The translations under genes were made by a program, and so were the position numbers. Of a stretch of 64,000 bases of DNA, positions 11,901 to 19,625 are shown piece after piece; the stretch's first letter is position 1; each line of letters begins with the position of its first letter. The notes under the pieces are model-generated. The model had not been told where the DNA came from, searched no databases, and saw only the letters and a list, made by a program, of their open reading frames with translations. This DNA comes from an uncultured bacterium (GTDB taxonomy: Bacteria; UBP14; UBA6098; B30-G16). The DNA is taken from positions 1 through 64,000 of the forward strand of contig CBEVQY010000010.1 in assembly GCA_965552135.1 (NCBI GenBank), written 5' to 3'.

Positions 11901-14782
11901 ATCTGTGTCTCAGCGTTGGCGACAGCACAGGCTGCGGATACTCGAACGTTTTGGATACCTGCTGGGTGGTCGTTGTAATAAGCAGCGAGGGTCCGCTTCC
12001 GCACCTTGTTGCTCCTTCGGAGAACTGGGCGACGATTGCCTGTGCGCCTTACACCTCCGACTTCTTCACCTTCGCGTGGTGGTGCGAGGATCCCGACGGT
12101 TTGAGGCACGGCGGCGCGCAGATATCGATGAGGGTCAACTCCGGACCCACCTACACTTACGGCGACGCCTCGGGGCATGTGACCTACAGCGGCGACACGC
12201 TGTTCTTCGTTCCGCCCGAAACGCTCTACTTTGCGCCGCCCGAGGGCTTCGAGGACGGCGACACGCTGTTTCTGCAGATCGTCCACGTCGAGGACGCGCT
12301 GGGCAACCCGACATCGGATATGACGGAGTATGCGTTTATTATAGACTGGTCGGGTCCGCAGGTTTTGGGCTTTGGACCGACGGGGGGCGTTACGGCAGGT
12401 CACCCGCTTATGTGGTGGGCTCTTTCGGACGTAAGCCCGATCGACACGACCTCGCCCGTGGTTTCGGTGTATGTCGACGGCGCGCTTTTGGAGACGGTGC
12501 GCTGGGACGCCTTCCTGCCCGACTCGATAGACTGGGTTTGCGCGGGAGATATCTGTACGCTTTTCGTCTCCGGATTTGCCTTCTCTGGAGGAGACACCGT
12601 GCGGGTCTGCCTCGATTCGATCGCCGACCTGCCCGACACCTGCGGCCCCAACTGGACGACCGACACGTGCTTTTGGTTCTGGCTGCCTCAGGGCGGTCCT
12701 GTGGCGGAGCTTGTCGTCCCGCACGACAGCGCCGTCGTATACTGCGGAGCAGAAAGCGAAGACTGGGATATCGTCATAGCTCTCTGCGACAGCCAGGGCG
12801 TGCTCTTCGACAGCGTGTCGGTCGTCGTGACGTACGCCGCACACGTCGACTCTTTCGATGCGGACCACCCGTTTGCCTTCGCGCTGCTCGAGCACATAGT
12901 CGACTCCGTCACACATTGCGACACGATAATCATCCCCTCGCCCCTTGCGCCCTATACTTACTCCGACGGCGAAACCGTCTCCGTCACGCTGAGGGCGATG
13001 GACACCCTCTACAACCCGTCGCTTGTGTACACGTGGGTGTTCTTTGTGGACCACAGTCCTCCGAAGGTAGAGGATTTTGTTCCCGACAGCGGCGAGACGA
13101 TTTACGACTGGCACCAGGAGGTTTCTGCTCGCGTTTGGGACGAGATAAGCGACGTCAATGTCGGCGCGATGCGCGTGCTTATCACCGATAACGGCTCGCC
13201 GTGGCTTGAGTTCACCGTCGACTCGAGCGCTATGTGGTACGACCCCTCCGACTCGACCCTGCACGTCTCCATCGACAGCGCCGGGACCCTTTGGGCGGAG
13301 TTCCACGAGTACTGCGTGTACGTCTACGTGAGCGACACCGTCGACGGCGATGCGTACTGCGAGGCGAACTTCGACTCTGCCTGGTGGTGCTTCACCGTTG
13401 GCGACGACGACACGACGGGTCCCCAGATCTTCCTCTCCGACAGCTGCCTGTGGCCGGGCTTTTCGCCCGATTTCGCCATATCGTGCTCCCTGTGGGACGA
13501 GTCGGGGATATACGACGATATGACGGACACGGCGGGTCAGGGGATCTTTGTCGTTGTCGATACCGCAGGCTGCCCCGACCTTGGCGCTGGAAGGTTCATC
13601 GCCGTCGGTCAGATGGACTACGACTCCGCGGCAGGCATAGCGCAGACGCTCCCCGGCGCTGTGGGAACCTATCCGCCGGGGACATGGCTTTACTATCTGG
13701 TCTACGTCCACGACAACGACTTCGACTTCGGCAACCCCGACGACCGGGCTCTCGCGATCTCGGAGTGCGGAAGCTGCTACTTCCACGATATCGAGGCGCC
13801 TGAGCCTGTGGCGCTTAATCCGCAGGATGGCTGGTTCTACTCCTGCCGCTGCGACTCGCAGGATATCGTGATAGCTCTGGTCGATAACGACGGCGTTGAC
13901 CTGACCACCGGCACCATCAGGGTGAACGGCGTTGAGTATCCGTTCAGCTCGCCCTACGTGAGTTTCTCGGGCGCGGGCGGCGAGGCGGGAACGACATTGG
14001 TCATCTTCTCGAACCCGCCCGAAAGCTGCTGGCAGAGCGGCGACACCGTCGTGGTGGAGCTTTACGGGTTCGCGGACGTATATCTGAACGTATATCCCGA
14101 CACTTTCCGCTACAGCTTCGTTGTCGACTGGGAGCCGCCGGTCGTCGAGTACGCCGAGTGCCACGACACGACCCTGTACATCGAGGAGCTCGACACGGTT
14201 TTGATAACCGTTTTCGACAGCATTTCGGGCACCGACCCGGACGGGATAGAGATCCACATTTTGGGCAAGCGCCTCGGCGGCGAGACGTATTCCCACACAT
14301 ACTTTGTTGGCGACAACGGCGTCGAGTTCGACACGACGACGCAGGAGCTTGTGCTTGTGGTTCCGCTTTTGCCGGGGCTGCGCATAACCAACGAGGATTC
14401 GGTCTGGATAGTCGTTTACGATGCGTACGACAGGGCGCGAAGCTGCGGTCCCAACCACATCGTCGACTCCCTTTCGTGCGTCAAGTTCATAGCCGCCGAG
14501 CTTGAGTGTCGCGCCCATCCGAATCCCTTCACGCCCAACGGCGACGGCGCCAACGACGTGGCGTTCTTCGACTACCCCAAGCGCTTCTTCAGAGACGCCA
14601 CCATATACATCTACGACATGCAGGGCGTTGAGCTTCGGAGGATAGGCGTTGGTCCTGAGCACAGCTACACGTGGGACGGCACCGACAGCCAGGGGAACAA
14701 GTGCCGTCCTGGGGTGTACCTGTACGTCGTTGAGGTCGACGGCGAGGTCATCTGCACCGGAACGGTCGTTCTGGCGAGGTGA
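5948..14782 (+). CDS. giant (2944 aa) Cys-rich Ig-like repeat surface protein with T9SS type B (gliding-motility-associated) C-terminal domain
   Basis: Signal peptide, head domain and ~20 Ig-like units by manual count. C-terminus PNPFTPNGDGANDVAFF...WDGTD...GVYLYVV...GTVVLAR. Confidence 0.88.
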   Translation: MNTRSVVLFCLAFVGVLLAASGYYLAGPGETCWWTQREDTPIRIEVVDSSDAHPAWLGKFGIGGNPAAFPRLTHNFHWPLDRGEQHFVLNLDGTFFSNYPYVSGYCGIPLSSLGFYYLVDSFFVANDTFSFPDSFGTWVGVTSHWRIRGSVGYIDIYQELKPVRRTFGPDSVGMCRIKYRVVNNDIVAHTVGLKLVVDVDINGNDRPDVAIAGTFSPTNGFFQAPVPAYWQAYDNISDPSAVVARGILRGGDCTPPDIFAVGNRYPFYNYIWIEPSCTTTGDSLWTTYWPGSPTFDVGFAIQWNPITVDAGSYRDFVTYYGFGSNYNPPHAINVSPIPFDVTPYNCTIDTVYELCAVVWQEDELGATYNNVVVCVDPPDPMAVLDTTTGTLLDSSCITLDSLPVSDPHNLCWLVYVPLSLISTGFSGYIHYYANSPDADSATYDSTAITVPHFSQIPPDMWFLGASDLVFVNCTTYVAEFAYSDDEGVQLPLASEIPPIVNGVSDPAYIVSPLPDNPTADTFYVHPPGTLFYSAGACTISVPYPPDIYGCQQAETLTVVAVWDSTPPVVYDLFPSPDSVVTTPTPTISFRVADSLAGVALDSIEFTVAVGGLPPTSFYPTSPGVSHYGDSSEYLIMYTLTDVPCETTVTVCVTKAADLVSVCHANMLPDTVCWSFTVDYCAPRVEFITPPESVYISCDTPLVCFTVEDLNGFTTDPPESFEVWIDDVMYTPSMSQVNISGDTVCITDELNYPYASGSEVSVEIRALSDTVGNSLDSVVSLVFYIDNQGPLVTVVDPPDSSIIGDVAGFPICSLYVLDTDCGVVMEGMFIRAWTSGGDTSVLSVPTEAYISLSGYLVIQPAWTGLSYLDTVHICLDSLFDCAQLCGPNNIDSSVCLTYIVDNEGPSAELVHPEEGAHTSCMPGADMLVCVSLEDISGIDPSSICLSVGGSAPVCYPGVSWDPVSGQACMTVPFDASIDGECDSVAVIVVAATDSVGNTSAYEDTFYYIVDTVGPYISAVSPSHGALVISDDFYVVFHDDCAGIMRSSAAFHIWYPLHTPIIDTIIYGSDGVVSWSGDTAFVSPGIGVNGDSVCVHVQYASDSLDVADCPPNDLQNDTLWCFKISFGGPSISLVSPPTGSYLSCDSVWAVFTCQDSQGVDSTTIHFIYQINSGPEVDVYYPDPSITFVGGVEVHDPDTVYFALPVGVSDGDTVRIRFDYVADMLGVGSALGREGVFYVDFGSPQVVDYGPSDAPSSAPLVWAVLSDTIAGLEYDSLCFSITGGPRYCFGDSAGGSPIVFWSFGDTLGDTAFFDIAAAGTSFAGGDTVEVCVHVVDATVLCPPNPTDFCWDVVFELSPPTLVPIEPDSGWFVTCPTVDSIVLAVLDSNGVDWSTFHIHVDGPAGESYDLSYPSGMSLSGDTITVFLSPPIASEGTVWVSVDVQDVLANVSVLDFFFVIDHTAPVVVEYFPVCDTISDIIPGTLWVVVEDPYGLPDPEQLCVSILDTAGDTVSLCGDTSTAISASWDTLFVDLVALGIRFTGGDTVFWWITQIGDRSDLCEPNYGEPESCVFSISSQGPFVQLVSPDPGADGILFLGCAFPFTFTFSIYDADGFDPATLRLVYTCTATGFSDTIEYPSAELSLTTSGDTLGFLDWTPSAAPCGECDTFVVTISVLDNLSNAERPNEFRIAVDLTPPGFEVVSPPAYGDAYSLRPVIKIRFPDACAGPDTNSVCDSICWRWGASCTTVCNTGEQIQWSGDTMFFYTDSFDIQAQDTVWICVDSVADAADTCPNWAYLDTCFWVYIAQFGPIPTLINPVPDSVTGLVCANDSVVVAFYDPDGLVADSVRFAVNGVEVPLGADLYWAPDGTTLVYTATFDTTPVVVCVWHQTDLLGYVGDSTCFVLNIDLSPPVAFWVSPGTPAETISVMPGVPPVQIRIVDSLNCVDSTTIMLVVGSDTFRVEEGVLEWSRLDSLLTFHPVDTFFAGDTFDLCLSVGDSTGCGYSNVLDTCWVVVVISSEGPLPHLVAPSENWATIACAPYTSDFFTFAWWCEDPDGLRHGGAQISMRVNSGPTYTYGDASGHVTYSGDTLFFVPPETLYFAPPEGFEDGDTLFLQIVHVEDALGNPTSDMTEYAFIIDWSGPQVLGFGPTGGVTAGHPLMWWALSDVSPIDTTSPVVSVYVDGALLETVRWDAFLPDSIDWVCAGDICTLFVSGFAFSGGDTVRVCLDSIADLPDTCGPNWTTDTCFWFWLPQGGPVAELVVPHDSAVVYCGAESEDWDIVIALCDSQGVLFDSVSVVVTYAAHVDSFDADHPFAFALLEHIVDSVTHCDTIIIPSPLAPYTYSDGETVSVTLRAMDTLYNPSLVYTWVFFVDHSPPKVEDFVPDSGETIYDWHQEVSARVWDEISDVNVGAMRVLITDNGSPWLEFTVDSSAMWYDPSDSTLHVSIDSAGTLWAEFHEYCVYVYVSDTVDGDAYCEANFDSAWWCFTVGDDDTTGPQIFLSDSCLWPGFSPDFAISCSLWDESGIYDDMTDTAGQGIFVVVDTAGCPDLGAGRFIAVGQMDYDSAAGIAQTLPGAVGTYPPGTWLYYLVYVHDNDFDFGNPDDRALAISECGSCYFHDIEAPEPVALNPQDGWFYSCRCDSQDIVIALVDNDGVDLTTGTIRVNGVEYPFSSPYVSFSGAGGEAGTTLVIFSNPPESCWQSGDTVVVELYGFADVYLNVYPDTFRYSFVVDWEPPVVEYAECHDTTLYIEELDTVLITVFDSISGTDPDGIEIHILGKRLGGETYSHTYFVGDNGVEFDTTTQELVLVVPLLPGLRITNEDSVWIVVYDAYDRARSCGPNHIVDSLSCVKFIAAELECRAHPNPFTPNGDGANDVAFFDYPKRFFRDATIYIYDMQGVELRRIGVGPEHSYTWDGTDSQGNKCRPGVYLYVVEVDGEVICTGTVVLAR

Positions 14783-14797
14783 TGGGGGTAGTTTGTC

Positions 14798-17700
14798 TTG
14801 AGGAGGGCGCTTCACATATGGGCTGTGTTTTTGGCGCTGGGCGCAGTTTGCGGCTTTGCCTTTGGCGACGATTCCCGCAAGGAGCATCTGTTCGGCTCAT
14901 CCGGAAAGGCGTCCTTGGTTTCGAGCAGCAACGACGATGTGGGCGTTGTCGTTGAGTCGTCGGGGATGTTTTCCATCGGCACCGCCGACGGCAGGGCGCT
15001 CCTTTTCGGGTATCCCTACTCCGCCAGGACGACCCACAGCAACTTTTACGTCGACGGCAGCGTTGCGGGCAGCTACTCCGACACAATATCTGGCTGCCCA
15101 CCGCCTGCGGAGATGGTTGTTTCGCCGCGGCTTGCGGGCGACACGGTCGTGTGCGCTTGGCGGCACGGGGGGATTCTCTTCCGCGCAGCGCTTGTGCCAA
15201 CCTACCTCGGAGACGTACCGCAGGTGAGGATATCGTACACCGCAACGAACGAAGACGTCGTTTCGCACATGGTGGGGCTGCTTCTTTTTCTCGATACGAT
15301 GATAGGCACCAACGACTGCGCCCCGATAGCGACGCCCTTGGGGTACTTTGCGACGGAGCAGGAGTTTCTGGGCGATGTGCCGTCGTTTTGGCAAGCCTTT
15401 GAGGAAAGCCCGTTCCAGGAGCCCGACAAGCTCGTCGGTCAGGGGATACTTTCGGGGTGGGATGCCACGCCGCCGGATGTTCTCCTCTACGGCGACTTCT
15501 GGCACTACTACCCCGTCGGCTGGGATTACGATTTCGTGGGCGGCATCTACAGCGACAGCTCCGTCCTTCTGCGCTGGAACGCCGCGCCACTGGCGCCGGG
15601 CGAGGCGAGGACGTTCGTCACATATTACGGTCTTGGCGGAGTGGGCCACACGGTAGGTGATGTTTCGCTTGCGCTCTCGTACCCATCGGAGATAGTCCCT
15701 GCGGGATGCGAGGGATTTTCGCCCGATACGTTCGCCGTAAACCTGCTCGTTTCGGCGGTGGATACGCTTTCGGGCGGACTTGCGGAGCTTTCGGTGCCGG
15801 AGTTTCTTGTGATCGTAGACGACGTCACGAAGCCTATCGAGCCCGCCCTCCTTCTGCCGGGGGATGTTGGCAGTGCGTCTTGGCGCGTTGGGGTTTTGGG
15901 CTTGGGTTCGGCTGGCGTTTTGGTCGATTCGATTGTGGCGGTTGTGACCGCGCCGGGGTATCTTCCGTCGAGGCTTTCTCGCGCTGTGCGCATAACTGCG
16001 GGCGACGGCGAGCCGCCCCACGTGCGGTTGCTCTCCGCGCTGCCCGAAACGGTCGCATCGGACACCCTCACTGTGGAGTTCAGGATAGACGATCCCAGCG
16101 GGGTCGACACGGCGACGCTTCGCGTCGAGCTCGACGGCGCCGAAGTCGGCTTTTCGTGGGCGCCGCCACTTATGACCGTACACCTTGCGGATCTCGGCGA
16201 GGGCGAACACAGACTGGTCGTCGGTCCTGTGGGGGACGTCTTCGGCTGCGCTGGCGAGCCGGTGGAGATAAGCTTCTTCGTCCGCTATCCTCCGACGCCC
16301 GAGTGCGAGCTTCTTGTGCCTCCGTCAGGCGAGTTCACGGGCTGCGAGAGCGATACGATCGCTGTGCGTCTTTTGTGCCCTGCGGGCTGTGAGCCATCCG
16401 AGTTCTCCCTCCGCCTCGACGGCGAGCCCATACCCTTCGGCTGGCTTGGTGACTCGGTGCTTGTGGCTTTTTACGAGCATCTGCCGGACGGCGAGCACAC
16501 GCTGGGTCTATCCGGCGCAGACGCTTTGGGTAGGGTGGTGGATAGCGTTTGGGGCTTTTACGTCGACACGCGCCCACCCGAGGTGTCCTGTGGATCTTTG
16601 TTGAGCCTGCGTGCGCCCACCGACGTTCTTTCGTTTGTCGTCTCCGACGGCGGCGCAGGGGTGGACAGCTCGTCGGTTGGTGTTCGCGTTGCCTACGGCG
16701 CCGACACCGTCGAGCTTGCCGCGGGCGCGCCCGGGGTTGAGTTCCACGATGGCGTGCTCTCGGTGGTCGTCGGCGATATGGGGATCCCGTTTGATGGCTG
16801 CGATGAGCTTGCCCTTTGGGTCTTCGCCGCCGATGCCCCTTGTCGCTGCGCACCCAACAGAGTCGATACACTCGTGCTTCGTGCGTCCGTGCCGTGCACG
16901 CCGCCCGAGATAGTCGTCCTCTCGCCCCGCGGCGCGGTGTCGTGCGACACTGTGCGGGTTGTGATGCTCATCGTCGACGACGAAGGCGTCTACGCCGACT
17001 CGGCTTGGGTTTCGGTTGGAGGGGTGCGGTATGATCTTTCTTCGCCGCGGCTTTCCCTGCGGGGCGATACGCTCGTGTTTTCGGCGCCTGTAGGCGATTT
17101 CCCGCCCGGCGAGGCGGTGCTGCGCGTTGGCGGCATAAGGGACGGCTGGGGCAACGAGCTTGGAGGGGAAGCCTTTGTTTCGGTGCTTGTGGATACCGCT
17201 CCGCCGCGGGTGCTATCTGTCTTCCCCGAGGGCGTGTTGACGGGGACGGAGACCGTTGGGTTCCTCTGCGTCGACGACGCAAGTGGCGTCTCGCCCGAGC
17301 GAAGCTACATCGTCTGCGACGGTGATACGATGCGCCTTGGCGAGGGCATGGGCTACGACGGCGGCGAGCTCTTCGTGCCCGCGGCGTTCTGGCTCTCCGC
17401 GCTTGTGGGCGAAACGCTTAGGGTTTGTGCACACGTGGTCGATAACGTCGTCGAGTGCGAGCCCAACTTCGTCGACACCTGCGTTTCGTTCCCCGTGGAG
17501 CAGTCGGGTCCTGCGGCGAGCGTGATCGAACCTCCCGCGGACGCCTACATCGGCTGTGGGCATCAGCGCTTCTCCATCCTGTGGTACGACCCCGACGGAG
17601 TTGACAGGTCTGCATCGACGATATCGGTTTTGGGGGAGGAGTTCTCGGCGGCGAGCGATAGGTGCAGCTGGGACGGCGACGTTGTGAGCTTTGACGTTGA

Positions 17701-19582
17701 TCTTGCCGGCGTGGCGGGAAGCCTCGTCGTTTCGGTTCACGGGGTGGACTCCCTTGGCTTTTCGGCGGACACGAGCTGGGCTTTTGGTGTGGACTTTCGT
17801 CCGCCGCGCGTTGTTCCGCTTGAGCCCGCGGCAGGAAGCCAGATAACGGCGCCGTTTTCGCCCTGGAAGATCCTGCTTTCCGACGACGGCGCCGGGGTGG
17901 ATACAGCCTCGGTCAACGTCATAGTCGACGGGAACCTCTTCACAAGCGCCGACGACGCTGTAAGCTTAAGCGGCGATACCGTCATCTTCGACCCGAACCT
18001 GAGCGGGATAAGCTTTGGCGACGAGGTCAACGTTGCCGTAAGCGTTTCTGATCTCGCGTTTGGATGCCCCAACGAGGCACATGCCGAGTGGAGCTACAGC
18101 GTGTTTCGTCCGAGCGTGTGGTGGGAGCTTGTTTCGCCTTTAGGCGTTGTTTCGTGTGATACGGTTGAGGTGGTGGTCGTTTTGCACGCGAACTTCGGGC
18201 TCGACCTCGAGGACGTCGTCGCGTTCGTTGGAGGGGATGTCTTCCCGAGCGAGGCTTTCGGCGACACCGTTTTGGTGCTTGTTCCTGCCCAAAGTCTCTC
18301 CGGCGGAGCGAACACTGTTGCACTTTGGGGCATCGTCGATGCCGACCACGGCGTCGCCGTCGACGAAACGATGTTCGTCCCCATCCTGTTCGATGCGCTA
18401 CCGCCCACAATAGTGCCAATATACCCGCTTCCCGGGAGCCGTGTGGCTGGCGGGAGCCCGATCATAGTCAGGGTCTTCGACGACCTTGCGGGGGTCGATA
18501 GGGACGGCGTTATGGTTTCGGTAAACGGGGATGTTCTCGTTCCGGGCGTTGGGAGCTGGCGCGGCGACACGCTCTCGGTCACCATGCCCGGCGACGTAAG
18601 GGGGGATGTCGAGGTCTGCGTTGTGGCTGCGGATAGGCCGGACGTGTGCGACCCCCACGAAACGAGGCTCTGCTGGGAGTTTGTCGTCCCTGGCGCGGGT
18701 CCGTCGGTCAGGCTCATCTGCCCGCAAAACGACGCATTCACGCACGACCCCAGGCAGGGAATACGCTTCGAGATAGAGAGCCCCAACGGTCTTGAGCCCG
18801 GCGGGATTACGCTTTTGGTGGACGGCGTTGTCTACGGGGTCGACGGGGACGTGCTGCGCCTCGAGGGGGGCATTCTGGACTTCACTCCGCCCGGGCGGTG
18901 GAACGACGGCGATACGGTGACGTTTTCCCTCTCCTGCCGCGATGAGCTCGGCCTTGAGGCGAGCCTTGCGGGAAGGTTTTTCTGTGATCTTTCGCCCCCA
19001 AGCTGCTTCAATCCGCAGCCCGAGGGGGTTGTTGAGTCGGCTCCCGGAGCGATAACCGTCGGCATAGAGGACGCGGGGGCTGGCGTGGATCCGAGATCGA
19101 TAGCCTTCAGGGTGGGGGAGCTTTTGATCCCGTTCGACAACTACGCGGTGACGTATGTGGGTGGCTACGCAACCCTTGATCTTGATGCCGCGGGGGTCCA
19201 CATAGGCTCCGGCGATACCGTGGACGTTTGCGTTTTCGCCGCAGACTTGGGCACCGGATACGGCGAACCCAACATAATGAGCGACTGCTGCTTCTGGTTC
19301 CTTGCGGTTGGCGGTGGATGTTTGGTCGAGCCAAACCCGTTCACACCCAACGGCGACGGCGTAAACGACGTGGCGACGTTCGTCATCCATTCCCAAAAGC
19401 CCCTGCGCGTCGATATATTCTCCTTCGGCGGGGCTTTGGTGAGGCGTCTTGAGGGTGAGGGCTCCGTTTCGTGGGACGGTCGCGACATCCGCGGGCGCAA
19501 AGCTCCGGCAGGTCCGTATCTTTATGTGATCCAAGCGGGCGGAGAAACGCTTTGTAAGGGCACCATCGTCCTGGCGAGGTAG
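14798..19582 (+). CDS. large (1594 aa) Cys-rich Ig-like repeat surface protein with T9SS type B C-terminal domain
   Basis: Signal peptide with the same head domain and repeats. C-terminus PNPFTPNGDGVND...WDGRD...GPYLYVI...GTIVLAR. Confidence 0.87.
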   Translation: MRRALHIWAVFLALGAVCGFAFGDDSRKEHLFGSSGKASLVSSSNDDVGVVVESSGMFSIGTADGRALLFGYPYSARTTHSNFYVDGSVAGSYSDTISGCPPPAEMVVSPRLAGDTVVCAWRHGGILFRAALVPTYLGDVPQVRISYTATNEDVVSHMVGLLLFLDTMIGTNDCAPIATPLGYFATEQEFLGDVPSFWQAFEESPFQEPDKLVGQGILSGWDATPPDVLLYGDFWHYYPVGWDYDFVGGIYSDSSVLLRWNAAPLAPGEARTFVTYYGLGGVGHTVGDVSLALSYPSEIVPAGCEGFSPDTFAVNLLVSAVDTLSGGLAELSVPEFLVIVDDVTKPIEPALLLPGDVGSASWRVGVLGLGSAGVLVDSIVAVVTAPGYLPSRLSRAVRITAGDGEPPHVRLLSALPETVASDTLTVEFRIDDPSGVDTATLRVELDGAEVGFSWAPPLMTVHLADLGEGEHRLVVGPVGDVFGCAGEPVEISFFVRYPPTPECELLVPPSGEFTGCESDTIAVRLLCPAGCEPSEFSLRLDGEPIPFGWLGDSVLVAFYEHLPDGEHTLGLSGADALGRVVDSVWGFYVDTRPPEVSCGSLLSLRAPTDVLSFVVSDGGAGVDSSSVGVRVAYGADTVELAAGAPGVEFHDGVLSVVVGDMGIPFDGCDELALWVFAADAPCRCAPNRVDTLVLRASVPCTPPEIVVLSPRGAVSCDTVRVVMLIVDDEGVYADSAWVSVGGVRYDLSSPRLSLRGDTLVFSAPVGDFPPGEAVLRVGGIRDGWGNELGGEAFVSVLVDTAPPRVLSVFPEGVLTGTETVGFLCVDDASGVSPERSYIVCDGDTMRLGEGMGYDGGELFVPAAFWLSALVGETLRVCAHVVDNVVECEPNFVDTCVSFPVEQSGPAASVIEPPADAYIGCGHQRFSILWYDPDGVDRSASTISVLGEEFSAASDRCSWDGDVVSFDVDLAGVAGSLVVSVHGVDSLGFSADTSWAFGVDFRPPRVVPLEPAAGSQITAPFSPWKILLSDDGAGVDTASVNVIVDGNLFTSADDAVSLSGDTVIFDPNLSGISFGDEVNVAVSVSDLAFGCPNEAHAEWSYSVFRPSVWWELVSPLGVVSCDTVEVVVVLHANFGLDLEDVVAFVGGDVFPSEAFGDTVLVLVPAQSLSGGANTVALWGIVDADHGVAVDETMFVPILFDALPPTIVPIYPLPGSRVAGGSPIIVRVFDDLAGVDRDGVMVSVNGDVLVPGVGSWRGDTLSVTMPGDVRGDVEVCVVAADRPDVCDPHETRLCWEFVVPGAGPSVRLICPQNDAFTHDPRQGIRFEIESPNGLEPGGITLLVDGVVYGVDGDVLRLEGGILDFTPPGRWNDGDTVTFSLSCRDELGLEASLAGRFFCDLSPPSCFNPQPEGVVESAPGAITVGIEDAGAGVDPRSIAFRVGELLIPFDNYAVTYVGGYATLDLDAAGVHIGSGDTVDVCVFAADLGTGYGEPNIMSDCCFWFLAVGGGCLVEPNPFTPNGDGVNDVATFVIHSQKPLRVDIFSFGGALVRRLEGEGSVSWDGRDIRGRKAPAGPYLYVIQAGGETLCKGTIVLAR

Positions 19583-19625
19583 GCGCGGAAGCGATGCTTT
19601 TGGCTTAACCATAAAGGGGTGAGCT

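Noticed and set aside
7127..14887. Long antisense ORFs of 1001 and 1557 aa
   Set aside because: They mirror the giant + strand gene. High-GC codon bias removes antisense stops, and the translations have no recognisable motifs.
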